Assembly (NCBI RefSeq): GCF_028641065.1 | Contig: NC_073409.1 | Location: 12,214,001 to 12,278,000 of the forward strand | Source of the DNA: Leucoraja erinacea | Lineage: Eukaryota | Length of the DNA: 64,000 bases | Direction: 5' to 3' | Shown: positions 51,505 to 63,587 of the stretch, in pieces | How positions within the stretch are numbered: position 1 is the stretch's first letter | Layout of the letters: each line of letters opens with the position of its first letter | Notes under the pieces: model-generated | The model's database searches: none | What the model was told of the DNA's origin: nothing | The model's input: the letters and a program-made list of their open reading frames with translations, nothing else | Translations under genes and position numbers: made by a program

Positions 51505-52030
51505 CTGAAAGAAATGGAAAAGCAATCACAATTCGAAATCCTGCTAACCCAGTCAACAAGCAAACCCATACAAATTGCAATTATTAATGTATTTATATCT
51601 TAAAATGTTTGCAAGTAATGATGCACACAAAAGCACAAGAAGCTGCAACAGTGGGTATAAAACACCCTCAGCTTTGTTCAATCTACTTCAAGAAAGATTG
51701 GAAGCTGAAGTTGATGTCATATTTCAATTTCAGAATGCAAGTGTTCTGCAGCATTCAGTTTTTGCCCTATACAATTGAAAACAGTTATCCTGCATTGATT
51801 CTATGACCAGAACTCTGCAGTGAAATTGAAACATATTCATTGATTGCCATGGAATTTACTGGGTCCACAAATTACTTGGACATAGTAATTTGGTTTAGTA
51901 GGCCCAATTTTTTAAAGCAATCCCCTGCAATTATCAAGTCTTACAGGAAGTTCTCTATTATATAATTTTTAGTTATTTCAGAAAAAAAACAACCAAGATA
52001 GAACTCATCATTTTATACCACCATACTCAC

Positions 52031-52151
52031 GTTCTTTTCTTGCAGGAGAATTGCACGGCGTCGTGCAGTCTTGGCATAAGGGTTCAGTTTCACCATGATC
52101 CTCAAGTTCTTCAGTGGGTTCTTCTTCAGTACCCTGCGTTGAATCTTTTTG
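52031..52151 (-). CDS. RPL4: RPL4 exon 9, 121 nt
   Basis: [40 protein letters not shown]; CACAG / GTGAG. Confidence 0.96.
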
Positions 52152-52490
52152 CTGTGAAAAGCAATGGATAAAAAAAGGCCTTGAGACACAATCGCAGGCA
52201 TTTCTCCTGGCAAGCTTAAGTGTACATAAAGACTCAAACTAGGGACATAGGGAAAACATATCTTATGGTGAAATGAGCAATTTGAAACCCATAGTAACTC
52301 AAGCACATTGTGTAGAGCTACAGGCCCATGAGCCCAGCAGGAAAAACAGCACAAATAAGACGCACCAGCTTCCAAAGGGCAAAATCCCATAATGCAAGGC
52401 GAAAATAACATTGTGACTATCTGTGTCGCTCAAATATCTTTCATCTACCTCGTATATATTCGCATATCCAACCATTTCTAATTAGGAATA

Positions 52491-52560
52491 AGACGTCAGA
52501 GCTTCCACTCATTTCACATGGTATCAAAAACACAGACCAAAGTGGAATTTCATCACTGCC
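52491..52560 (-). ncRNA. SNORD18: Box C/D snoRNA SNORD18/U18 copy (RPL4 intron 8)
   Basis: GTGATGA-AATTCCACTTTGGTCTGTGTTT-TTGA..CTGA; guide complementary to the 28S sequence AAACACGGACC. Confidence 0.88.
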
Positions 52561-52658
52561 TGAAACTGGACAACCAATTCTAACTGATATGCAACTAATT
52601 TCAGGATCTGAGAAACGAAATTGAGCACATAGAAACGATGTGAAACATCTTAACTTAC

Positions 52659-52742
52659 TTTGGAGGACGAAGAGCTTTCTGGATTTCCTGACTCTTCAAG
52701 ATGCGGCTCAGATCTGTGTTAGTCATCTTGTGAATGGGAAGG
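52659..52742 (-). CDS. RPL4: RPL4 exon 8, 84 nt
   Basis: [27 protein letters not shown]; CTAG / GTAAG. Confidence 0.96.
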
Positions 52743-52915
52743 CTAGATGGTAAACATAAGCAGAAACGGTAAAAATGACGGCAGACATGACTAAATAATT
52801 AAGCTCTCTAACAGGAGGACATTAATCAGTTTTCTACAATTTGAGCTTCTGATCCTCGGCAACTGCCTGATAATCTGAGTGAGGAAATTTCTGCAAGTTA
52901 TTAATCTTCTGCTTA

Positions 52916-52986
52916 GACATCAGAATTTCCACCAATATCACGAGTTGTCAAAAACACGGACCACGAAGTGGAATCTCATAATTGTC
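52916..52986 (-). ncRNA. SNORD18: SNORD18/U18 copy (RPL4 intron 7) with variant box C
   Basis: GACA terminal stem, box C ATTATGA, perfect guide GGTCCGTGTTT, D' TTGA, C' GTGATAT, D CTGA. Confidence 0.8.
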
Positions 52987-53166
52987 ACATAAAATCTATT
53001 AAGTTATCAAGGTGTACATTGCTCCGAGTTAGGCAGGAGTACCTATATTAAGTGGTAACACTGATATCAGTCTCAGAAGTCAATTTTAACGAGAAAAATC
53101 AGATGGAGAAAAAAAAACCTATCACATCTAGTCCATGAACCATCCATTTTAACACCATAACCTTAC

Positions 53167-53323
53167 TTGTATCCAATCTTCAATTTTGAAGGTTTGCGCC
53201 ATGTTCCATACAACTCATCCAGCTTACGGAAGGCACTCTCTGTCCAGATGCAGAATCGTCCTACGTGGCCACCAGGAGCAAGTCTCAGGACATTTAATTT
53301 GTTGACATTGAGAAGAGTTATAC
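53167..53323 (-). CDS. RPL4: RPL4 exon 7, 157 nt
   Basis: [52 protein letters not shown]; CACAG / GTAAG. Confidence 0.97.
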
Positions 53324-53539
53324 CTGTGGTGGACAAAGCAACGCAAAGCAGTGTTCAAATTCTCAGCTGACATTTGACACAAAAGGTTCCCACTTGGAAA
53401 ATATTAACACTCATGGCAGATGGGAAATGCTATGCCCAGGTCAGTCAATCCCTACCATGCTGAAAGATGAAACAAAAACAGGCAGAAACAAGCCCTATAA
53501 TTAAAAATAGAACTGGTCTTTGGAGAGGAGTTTGTAACT

Positions 53540-53845
53540 ATCTTGGAATCATATTACATCCCACCCCACTATTGACATAGTTGATAAGCCCTCCAGCAGG
53601 AGCTGGCTTGCCGCCAGGGATGGTGGACCCGACAGGCCTGGATCGCCCGCCAGACTCCAAAGTCGCCAATGGCGTGGAGGACCACCGAGAAAGAAGAGGG
53701 ACCCGGCAGGCAGTAGACAGGAATGTTCGGTGAACATTTGTAACTTTGTCTGCGCCACAACATGGCAACACTTATGTACTGCCTAGGTTTACCAGGTTGC
53801 ATGCAAAACAAAGCACTTCACTGTACATGTAATAATAAAGCATTA
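53540..53845 (+). mobile_element. SINE-like retroposon fragment in RPL4 intron 6
   Basis: GC-rich body ending GCACTTCACTGTACATGTAATAATAAAG, a Rex1-like tail. Confidence 0.55.
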
Positions 53846-53849
53846 AACT

Positions 53850-53919
53850 GACATCAGAACTTCCACTAATATCATAATTTTTCAAAAACACAGACCAAGT
53901 GGAATCTCATCATTCTGTC
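53850..53919 (-). ncRNA. SNORD18: SNORD18/U18 copy (RPL4 intron 6)
   Basis: ATGATGA-GATTCCACTTGGTCTGTGTTT-TTGA..ATGATAT..CTGA; GACA/TGTC terminal stem. Confidence 0.88.
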
Positions 53920-54110
53920 TAGCTCAATTTTTAAATATACAGATTACACTGTTAACTGGTATCCCATTTCCAATTTTATCAAATTCACACTAAACAGTTC
54001 ATCTTCTGTTGAGAGGATGCCATAATGTACCAACATTAAAGATGCTCCAAACATATCCCTTTCCAATCAAATGACCTATGACACAAACCACTTGAAAAGC
54101 ATTGGTCTAC

Positions 54111-54240
54111 CTGGGATATTCCTGAAAGCTCTTACAACACCATTATCTTCATTGTAGATAATGCATGGGCCCTTGCGCCGGATACGACGACGGTTCCTCA
54201 TTTTACCTTTGCCAGCACGCATACGCTGGGAAGCATAAAC
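54111..54240 (-). CDS. RPL4: RPL4 exon 6, 130 nt
   Basis: [43 protein letters not shown]; ATAG / GTAGA. Confidence 0.97.
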
Positions 54241-54300
54241 CTATAGAAAAACAATGTTTATTTCTGACTAAATAAAAGTAAAAAAATAATTAGAAATGCA

Positions 54301-54373
54301 ACTGAGATCAGATCATCAAAATCATCAGTCGTCAGAAACACAGACCAAAAGTAAAATGTCATCATCTCTCAGT
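54301..54373 (-). ncRNA. SNORD18: SNORD18/U18 copy (RPL4 intron 5)
   Basis: 7-bp terminal stem ACTGAGA/TCTCAGT, ATGATGA, guide GGTCTGTGTTT + CTGA (D'), C' ATGATTT, D CTGA. Confidence 0.85.
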
Positions 54374-54405
54374 GTATCATTCACGACTAAAAGAAAGTTG
54401 CCTAC

Positions 54406-54530
54406 CTTCTTTATATCATTCCAGGCCTTCAGTTTTTTTAACATCATAACAGCCTCCTTTGTCTTTTTGTAGCTCTCAATTTTATCTTCAACCACCAGTG
54501 GGAGCTCTGGGATTTCCTCAATACGGTGAC
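54406..54530 (-). CDS. RPL4: RPL4 exon 5, 125 nt
   Basis: [42 protein letters not shown]; TTCAG / GTAGG. Confidence 0.97.
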
Positions 54531-54796
54531 CTGAAGAGGATTGCAACATTGTTATCAGGGCATCCCCATGTCAAAACCCCAATTTTATAGTGCAAACAAA
54601 CAAATCAAGTTAAGGAAAATTTGTTAAAGAAACAATGAGCAATCGTCACCATGAGGCAAAATCTGGGACATCAACTGCCTGGGAAAAATATGATCCAAGA
54701 ATGCAAGGGCCATTTTTCAGCTAGTCGCAAGGGCCATAAGCACAAATTTACCCCAAATTTCCTAAATTCAATATGTCTTTGTCAACATGGACAGCA

Positions 54797-54900
54797 GCTG
54801 CTCAGAGCTAAATGTTCGTCATGTTTCTGTACCAGCATAATAACAGTAGGCAACTGTTGCTGTGTACAGCATAAGACGCAAATTACACCATCATCGTAGC
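54797..54900 (-). ncRNA. SNORD16: Box C/D snoRNA SNORD16/U16, second copy (RPL4 intron 4)
   Basis: ATGATGG-TGTAATTTGCGTCTTA..GCAACAGTTGCCTACTGT..GCTGGTACAGAA..TGACGAA..CTGAGC matches the U16 layout; guide complementary to 18S CGCAAATTAC. Confidence 0.88.
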
Positions 54901-55339
54901 CACTGCCACATTTTGGAAGTAAAATTATTTGCCCAACAGGAATGAAGTTTAAAATGCACTCAAAGGCCCCATCTTTAAAACCAGGGTTTGTATAAACAGT
55001 AAAATTACCATTAGCAAAATTAAGTTGCTTACCGGCTAATTCTAATAAGCATAAGCCAATTTAATGTTGGTGAGTTTACAACCCTACCAACCATATTATT
55101 TGGGTTTGTCTATTAATATTAGAACATATCAATTACATTACAGCTGTAATTCTAGAATGACTCACAGCTGGAAAACAATTGCACCGACATGGATAACTTT
55201 AATTTTATGCTCACTCAGAATGCTCTGGATACAAAGTAACCAAATTTTCTTTACAAAATTGGATATCCTTTCTACGATGAGTCAACTCTCATTGGTCACT
55301 GAGATGAAGCAAAATGGCCTTGCATTTTGTTCAGGATCT

Positions 55340-55548
55340 TACAGAGGGTGATGGGTGCCAGGAATGTGCTTCCAATGGTGGTGGTGAAGATATGACAATG
55401 GTGTTTAAGTGACTTAGATCGGCTCATGGATGTGCAAAGAATGGAGGGATATTGATGTGCAGACAGAACAGGTTAGTTTATCTGGGTATCACGTTTGACA
55501 CAGACTTTGTTGGACGAAGGGTTTGTTCCCATGCTATACGGGTCTATA
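55340..55548 (+). mobile_element. CR1-like LINE 3' fragment in RPL4 intron 4
   Basis: ACAGAGGGTGATGGGTG..ATGGAGGGATAT..GGACGAAGGG..GTTCCCATGCT tail. Confidence 0.6.
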
Positions 55549-55567
55549 TTTAAGTACTTTGCTTTTA

Positions 55568-56603
<1,036 letters not shown>

Positions 56604-57164
56604 CTATTACCAGTTAAGTGCAAAAGCAATTACCTTAATATAAGATGCAAATAATACTGACCTTTATGATTATGAGAATTATATGCATGAAATTTGCAGC
56701 ACAAGACTTCTCAATCCATTGGTCTTTAATGCTTACTGGCTTTCAGCACATCATACAATATCATGCACTCACATCCTTTGCCCTCACCTCAATCTGTCAC
56801 TTCTACCTTCCAAAAGGATCCAGGCCTCAAGAATGCCAGATGGAAATGAATTCCTATTCTACCTGGAATTTCTCCCCAAATCTTTATTATTTACTAAAAA
56901 TGACCTTTGGCTTTGGTTGCCCCCTAATCTGGAACTCTACACTTCATTCTTTCTTTTACATACTCTCAGAATTTCAAATACATCCATCAGGTCAAATAGT
57001 ACTTAATCCAGATGGATTCCTACTAAAATGCAATCCTCAATCCTCAATCCTAACTAATCAGACACTTAAGAAATTCAGTGCATCTCAAATCCTTGCCTGA
57101 TTATTGGCGTTCAATCCATACATCAGCACAGGTATGCTCGAACCTTCCCCAGCACCACCATAGT

Positions 57165-57294
57165 GTCATAGAGTAATAGAGTGGAGACGGGCCTTTCGGC
57201 CCAACTTGCCAACGCCATCCAAAACGTCCTAGCTACACTAGTCCCACCTGCCTGCGCTTAGTCCATATCCTTCCAAACCTGTCCTATCCATGTA
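57165..57294 (-). mobile_element. CR1/HER1-like LINE tail, interrupted by the Tc1 element (continues at 58915-58995)
   Basis: Joining across the TA restores CCTGTCCTATCCATGTACCTG..GATAGTCCCAGCCTCAACTACCTCC, as in the 17931-18428 copy. Confidence 0.8.
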
Positions 57295-58914
57295 CAGTGC
57301 ATTCAGAAAGTATTCAGACCCCTTCACTTTTTCCACATTTTGTTACGTTACAGCGTTATTCTAAAATGGATTAAATTCATTTTTTTTATCAGCAATCTAC
57401 ACACAATAGTCCACAATAAAATAAGTGAAAACAAGTGTTTAGAAATTTTTGCAAAATAATCAAAAATAAATAACTGAAATATCACATTTACATAAGTATT
57501 CAGACCCTTTACTCAGTAATTTATTGAGGCACCTTTGGCAGTGATTACAACCTCAAGTCTTCTTGGGTATCACGCTACAAGCTTGGCACACCTGTATTTG
57601 GGTAATTTATCCCATTCTTCTCTGCAGATCTTCTCAAGCTCTGTCAGGTTGGATGGGGAGTGCTGATGCAGCTATTTTCAGGTCCCTCCAGAGATGTTCG
57701 ATCGGGTTCAAGTCTGGGCTCTGGCCGGGCCACTTACGGACCTTCACATACTTGTCACAAAGCCACTCCTGCGTTGTCTTGGACGTGAGCTTTAGGTCAT
57801 TGTCCTGTTGGAAGGTAAACATCTGCCCCAGTCCGAGGTCCTGAACGCTCTGGAGCAGGTTTTCATCAAGGATCTCTCTATACTTTGCTCCGTTCATCTT
57901 TACCTCAATCCCGACTGGTCACCCAGTTCCTACCGCTAACATCCCTACAGCATGATGCTGCCACCACCATGCTTCACTGTAGATATGGTATTGGCCAGGT
58001 GATGAACGGTGCCTGTTTTCCTCCAGACGTGACACTTGGCATTCAGGCCAAAGAGTTCAATCTTGGTTTCACCAGGCCAGGGAATTTTGTTTAGGTGCCT
58101 TTTGGCAAACTCCAAGCGGGCTGTCATGTGCCTTTAACTGAGGAGTGGCTTCTGTCTGGCCACTCTACAATAAAGGCCTGATTGGTGGAGTGCTGCAGAT
58201 ATAGTTGTCCTTCTGGAAGTTTCTCCCATCTCCACAGAGGAACTCTGGAGCTCTGTCAGAGTGACCATCGGGTTCTTGGTCACCTCCCTGAATATGTTAG
58301 TAAGTCTCTATCCTAAGGCCCTTCTCCCCCGATTGCTCAGTTTGGCCAGGCTCTATGAAGAGTCCTGGTGGTTTCAAAGTTTTATTTAAGAATGACGGAG
58401 GCCACTGTGCTCTTCGGGACCTGCAATGCTCCAAAAAATGTTTTATACCCTTCCCCAGATCTGTGTCTCAACACAATCCTGTCTCGGAGGTCTACAGACA
58501 ATTCCTTCGTCTTCATGGCTTGTTTTTTGCTCTGACATGCACTGTCAACTGTGGGACCTTATATAGACAGGTGTGTGCCTTTCCAAATCATGTACAATCA
58601 ATTTAATTTACCACTTGTAGACTCCTATCAAGTTGTAGAAACATCTCAAGGATAATCAATGGAAACACGATGCACCAAAGCTCAATTTTGAGAGTCACAG
58701 CAAAGGGTCTGAATACTTACGTAAATGTGATATTTTAGTTATTTATTTTTAATTATTTTGCAATAATTACTAAACATCTGTTTTCGCTTTTATATTATGA
58801 GGTATTGTGCGTAGATTGATGATTAAAAGAATGACTAACCAATTTTAGAATAAGGCTGTAATGTAACAAAATGTGGAAAAAGTGAAGGGGTCTGAATACT
58901 TTCTCAATGCACTG
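57295..58914 (-). mobile_element. Full-length IR/DR-type Tc1 DNA transposon (~1.6 kb) in RPL4 intron 2
   Basis: TA target duplication; ~210-bp TIRs starting CAGTGCATT(C/G)AGAAAGTATTCAGACCCC with an inner repeat AAGTATTCAGACCC. Confidence 0.93.
57513..58516 (-). pseudogene. Tc1 transposase (DD34E type), frameshifted
   Basis: MKTKELSVDLRDRIVLRHRSGEGYK start, ETKIELFG, TVKHGGGSIML, FQQDNDLK, WPGQSPDLNPIEHLW, end KGASINY*. Confidence 0.9.
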
Positions 58915-59329
58915 TACCTGTTTCACGGTTTCTTAAATGATGAGATAGTCCCAGCCTCAACTACCTCCTCTGGCAGCTTGTTCCATATCACACCACGACG
59001 CACATCATTTTAAATTTGTCTTGGTTCTTAATTCCATCTCATCCAGTGCTATAACAAAGGACTTTCGTCCTTTTATTCAGATATAAATCACATCAGTTTT
59101 ACCACGCCATCCGTTTATTATTCACTATGATTCCAAATTATTTTTATACAGCAGGGGCCTCAGCTTCATTCCACTACAACCCACTTTTACAAATTGTCTG
59201 CCAGATATTATGGTCATCCATCACCTTTACCTCGTGCCCATTTTTTCTGGGAAGAGATCCTCACCCCAAATTATTCATTCTCTTAATTTTAGAATTCCTG
59301 GTCCACAGCCTGATCGCTAACCATATCTG

Positions 59330-59536
59330 AAGGTAAACAAAAAATGCTGGAGAAACTCAGTGGATGAGGCAGCAACTATAGGGAAGGAATAGGCGATGTT
59401 TCGGGTCGAGACATCATGACCCCAAATGTCGCCTATTCCTTCTCTCCATAGATGCTGTCTCACCCACTGAGTTTCCCCAGTATTTTTTGTCTACCTTCGA
59501 CTTTTCCAGCAACTGCAGTTCTTTCTTAAACATTGT
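59330..59536. mobile_element. Fold-back Penelope-derived insert
   Basis: Inverted arms around TTTCGGGTCGAGACATCATGACCCCAAA; flanks CTAACCATATCTG (59317) and CTAATCACATCTG (59537). Confidence 0.7.
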
Positions 59537-59999
59537 CTAATCACATCTGGATATTTTTCTCCCCTCTATCATACCCAGACTGGCCTACCACTCTGTTCTT
59601 GCAACATGCAGCTCATGCGAGCAACTCCATCTTTGTTACCAAACTTGTTTGAAAATCTCTTCCTTAGATTATACCAAAAAAGTCCACCTAATAACATACA
59701 GCTTTCTTCCTTTTTCTCCCCAAGATCAACAATCCAAAGTAATTTGTAGACTAGTCATTTTCAGCTTATTCAATAAATACTCTTCTCTCTTATCTAGTCT
59801 CTTCCCATTTAAATCCATAACATATTGGATGTCATTCATTACATTGATCTTCCAGCATCTTGGTCCCAACATGGCCATTTCGCCACAGATCTCAGTTCAT
59901 TTGCATCACCACAACTCAGTTTCACCAGATCTGTGTTTAATTCTTCTTTGAGCAGTTCTTCAAATCCTGAATGTGTTCAAACATTGAACAACTTTCACT

Positions 60000-60650
60000 C
60001 CATTCATTCCAAAAGGTATGACCATGTCATCTAATAACACCGTATACTCAAGTGCAACCAAGATGTTTTCCTTTACAATTGATGGGGATCAACCATGTGT
60101 GTTCCAGTTCTCATGCCTTCCCTCAGATATGGAAGATAGGGTACAACCCTCAACTTCCATCATACTAATCAAAGAATGTAACAAGTTATCCTTTTGAAAT
60201 TTTTGCCATTAGTATTTCAAAATGACTTAGTTTCCTCCACAACTCCACTTTTCATTCCATCACTGCCAAGTATCACTCCCTGATTTGACACCTTCCATGT
60301 CATTATGGGAAGTAGACCTAACTTGTTATATTTCCTCTTTATCATTCAGGGACCCAAACAGTCCCTCCAGGCAAAGCAGCATTTCACTTCTTCTAATTTA
60401 ACATGATACATTCAGTACTCATGATGTGGTCGCATCCACACTGCAGAAACCAAATGCTGGTTTGACCACTGGACAGATAATTCTTTCTTCCATCTGCAAG
60501 AACAATCTCCTCATTGTCCATTACTAATGCTTAACCATATTTTGACCCTCTGCTAAAATAAAGCCCAACACAAGCTTAAAGAATAACATCTCATCTTCAG
60601 ACTACACTCATGGGACAATAATTAAATACAACAATTTCAGGTAATCAGCC
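60000..60650 (+). mobile_element. Decayed Penelope-like element, GIY-YIG region
   Basis: CAGGGACCCAAACAGTCCCTCCAGG (QGPKQSLQ) followed by degenerate SNLI..CG...AETK segments. Confidence 0.5.
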
Positions 60651-61411
60651 TTTTCAGAAATAACTGATTATGATGCATGATTAATCTATGCTATTGGCTT
60701 TTTTTTTTTAATCCAAAGCTGTGGTTGGTGGCTAGCTGAGTACTTCCAACACCCATAGCAGATCAACTACGTTTGATATCAGTTCAATAGCTCACAACAC
60801 CCGAGTACACGCATCCCCCAACAGTCCCAAAACGGCCAACTTCGAATATGCTGCCTAAACTATCCGAGGAAATAATCTTCCTATATTTATCCAACCAGTC
60901 CCTTGTTATTTGTGTTTTATCAAGATCACTACACATTCTTTTAAATTTAAGGTTAATCCTATTCAAATTGTGCCTAAATGTGTGATGTACTGAGGCCTGA
61001 ATGGCACAATCCAATTTCTCCAAGTTACCAATGCACATTTGACTCGGGCACAACTTAACAATTATGCCACATAGTGCAGATGGACTATTAGTTTATGTTT
61101 ACATCTTAACAATTCAAAAATGGCTAAATGATTAGAACCCAGCCCTAAAGTCATAATTTGAAATCAATTTATTATAAAGACAATTATTTTTTTACTCCAT
61201 TATTATCAAGAAGCAAAATGCATTGGCTAATCTTTCATCCAAAAAAAGGAAAATTCAGAAATTTCTTTGTCCCATTCCTACGTTAGAAATTCCAATCAAG
61301 TAACATTCTTTTATGAGTAATCAGATATATGAATTATATGGCACGTCAAAAAGTCAAATATGACAAATTAATTTCGAACCAAAAGTAATCGACAAAAATT
61401 ATCTAAATTAC

Positions 61412-61583
61412 CTGCATCTGCACTCACGGCATATGGCTGTCTGTTATTTTTGCGCAAGTTTGTGTGAACAAAGTTCACAATATCTGGCCGGATGGGGGCC
61501 TTGAAAATTGCAGGCATAACCACATTTTTGCCAGATTTCTCCCCCTTGTCACTGTACACCGTTATCAGTGGACGAGCACAAGC
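61412..61583 (-). CDS. RPL4: RPL4 exon 2, 172 nt
   Basis: [57 protein letters not shown]; TTTCAG / GTAAT. Confidence 0.97.
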
Positions 61584-62393
61584 CTGAAAGATTATATATT
61601 TTAAAAATCCATTAGGTATAAACACATTAATAATACAGTAATTAGGACATTGACTTCCTAAGTCTGATCCACATTTACAGTACGAATGACCAGGATAGTT
61701 TCAAATGAGGGCTCAAACACAATCATGGTTGATCGGACGCCCCAAGTTTTCATTTACTTCACAATATTGTTCCATTACATTGCATAAACTAAATAAACTT
61801 ACAGTCTGTAGTTTGAAATACCATATACGGACTCAAACATCACAAGAACTATATGATTTGATTGCTTTATAGACATCAAACTAAATTTGATAAGCCAAGA
61901 TCCCAGGTGCATGGAAAAAGGATTAATCCGAAAATGCGCTTTCGTACGAGTTCTCCCTTTAGCAGAATTACTGAAAAATCATACCATTTTGTTTTAAAAA
62001 AATGTAAAATTCGGAGATATGTTCCTCGAAAGCCTCCCATATTGCAGAACAACCGGATTTAACTAAATTATACAGTAGAAACGGTTTGTCGTGCAATATA
62101 TTGAACTTTCCTTCCTAGTTTAACTATATTTGGTTCGATTAACCTTAACACGACTGAATAACCAACTAAATTACAGAGAGCAACGTGTCTCCACGTCCCC
62201 ACCCCTCCCCCACCCAATCTTTTAAGATGGCGACCTGGCAGAACTCGGCCTCTGACTTTCTCTCTATTATTTAAAAAAATAAAATAAAATATTATAATTG
62301 TAAACAACATTAAATCTTCAGAGGTTACTCGAGTCCCTCTGACAGCTGCCTGCTCAGGCTGTGCTGCAGTTAAAACCCGATTCACACACTCAC

Positions 62394-62396
62394 CAT
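62394..62396 (-). CDS. RPL4: RPL4 exon 1 coding part (ATG only)
   Basis: ACAATG|GTGAGT, phase 0 into exon 2. Confidence 0.9.
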
Positions 62397-62455
62397 TGTC
62401 GCAACTCCTCGGCGCCACACGCGCGGGATGGCGACCTCGGCAGGAAAAGGAAGAA
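62397..62455 (-). promoter_or_regulatory. RPL4: RPL4 5' UTR with 5'TOP/TCT initiator (TTCTTCCTTTTCCTG)
   Basis: Pyrimidine tract ~55 nt upstream of the ATG; YY1-like GATGGCG motifs at ~62427 and at 62224 (intron 1). Confidence 0.85.
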
Positions 62456-62937
62456 CGCCACACCGTCATGCCGCTAAATGGAGACTTCCGCCAAGTTTTC
62501 TTTAGCAGTAACCATCAATAGTTGTGTAACTGCAAGAAGTATGCTTCAAATTAACAGTTCAGACAAAATGTCAATTGAAATTGGCGTGACTACTCGAGCT
62601 TCTCAGCAAAATGAACAAAATGTGACTCGCACTATTTCCTTTCAATGTCGGCACTATCTTTACGCGCAGGTATACATTTCCAAAATACACGACGGAATAG
62701 ATAAGTTATTCATTAGTGTTTAAGTTTTGTTTTGCGGTCATTTGTTTTGTTCAGAAACATTTTTATAACTAAAACTCCGTTAAAATAGCCGTTAAAACAA
62801 GACGATTCTTATGTCGGACGTGACGTTGGGCTACTGAGGAATGCGCGCGCTGATCGGCTGCGATTTGAAATTTTCTTTGGCAATCCGAACTATTATCGTC
62901 CATGAAAGTACGCGTTTGAGATACATACTTGTATTGA
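62456..62937. promoter_or_regulatory. Bidirectional RPL4/ZWILCH promoter
   Basis: CRE-like TGACGT (62821), NRF1-like TGCGCGCGC (62842), CHR element TTTGAA (62864-62869). Confidence 0.6.
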
Positions 62938-62990
62938 ATGGGCTCAGCTGTTCTACAGTCGGTGCGATGCTTTCACTCCTTTCTCCTTGG
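62938..62990 (+). CDS. ZWILCH: Probable ZWILCH exon 1, 53 nt: MGSAVLQSVRCFHSFLL(G)
   Basis: ATG plus 17 codons and 2 nt, then GTGAGT. FHSFLL aligns with human ZWILCH FYSRLL at the same offset, and the head-to-head position with RPL4 matches mammals. Short, so partly inferred from synteny. Confidence 0.7.
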
Positions 62991-63587
62991 GTGAGTGTTG
63001 ACGCTTGCCAGTTCCAGTGATGGGTGTTTATCATCTGAATGCGCAACTTTAACACCATCGGCAGCAGAACTCCTTGGGGGTGGGTGTGTAGCGCAGTTAC
63101 TATGGTCAGGTCTGCAATGTATTTTATGAAAGGATTGAGGGAAAGATTAAGTAGTATAATTCAAAGAAAGAAATGGATGAATATTTGAAGAGACGCGAGA
63201 TCAAATAAATAGTTGGAGTCACAAGCAGCCTGGAGATGCTGGAATCTCGAGTAAAATACTGGAAGAACTCATTTCCCGCATTCCCTCATCAATTTTCTTG
63301 GTCACCTCTTCAAAAAATATTGACATTTGGAGGCACAATTTCCCATGCACTAAGCAATGCTGACTACCCCTAAATAGTCTATGCCTTCTCAAATATGTAA
63401 CTCATAATACAGCAATGTATTTGCTGTTTTATTTGCTTCATGACATGAGTACTAGTCCAGAATTGCTCAGTGACAACAGGGTGGAATTAATGCTAATCCA
63501 TATAACAGCACCAACAACAAAATGAAAGATAAAATCTACAGATCTCTCATTGATCAACCTGTTCAGGTGCTTATCAGAATCCTGACA

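Noticed and set aside
53060-53130. Possible extra box C/D snoRNA in RPL4 intron 7 (GTGATAG..CTGA)
   Set aside because: Poor box C, no recognisable rRNA guide, and the intron already hosts a U18 copy.
61662-61738. 8-bp inverted repeat with ATGATT in RPL4 intron 1, as a candidate snoRNA
   Set aside because: No canonical box D, and the stem pairs better on the non-transcribed strand.
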